From Octopus bimaculoides (taxonomy: Eukaryota), in the NCBI RefSeq assembly GCF_001194135.2, contig NC_068983.1, positions 12,086,289-12,136,224 on the forward strand: a DNA stretch of 49,936 nt, written 5' to 3'. The first letter of the stretch is position 1; every line of letters starts with the position of its first letter. A program made the translations under genes and the position numbers. Positions 49,846-49,936 of this stretch are shown one piece after another. The notes beneath the pieces are model-generated. The model was not told the origin of the DNA, made no database searches, and worked only from the letters and a program-made list of their open reading frames with translations.

Positions 49846-49936
49846 TATAAAGATATATATAAAAAAAAAAAAATAATAATAATAATAATAATGATAATAA
49901 TAATATATATATACATATTATTATTGTTATTTTATA

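Overview
AT-rich, microsatellite-dense eukaryotic scaffold window with 16 N-gaps, almost all flanked by simple repeats, which suggests a short-read assembly. The SINE families resemble, from recall rather than a search, those of Octopus. I recognise no host protein-coding gene, rRNA, intact tRNA or CRISPR array; most long ORFs in the track are microsatellite or N-gap artefacts. The window is intergenic or intronic and is filled with: (1) about 20 tRNA-derived SINE copies in four families that I label A, B, C and D, which share and swap modules; (2) decayed non-LTR retrotransposon fragments (Tx1/L1-like, two CR1-like, two R4/Dong-like, two RTE-like); (3) a Penelope-like element in an inverted arrangement with a long Asn-rich linker; (4) two non-autonomous hAT/Charlie-like elements with 8-bp TSDs. 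The best leads are a bulge-free 69-nt pre-miRNA-like hairpin at 43104-43172, the Penelope-like palindrome, three SINE fold-back hairpins, inverted SINE pairs that could form dsRNA, and a few weak candidate exons. I found no convincing novel multi-gene system.
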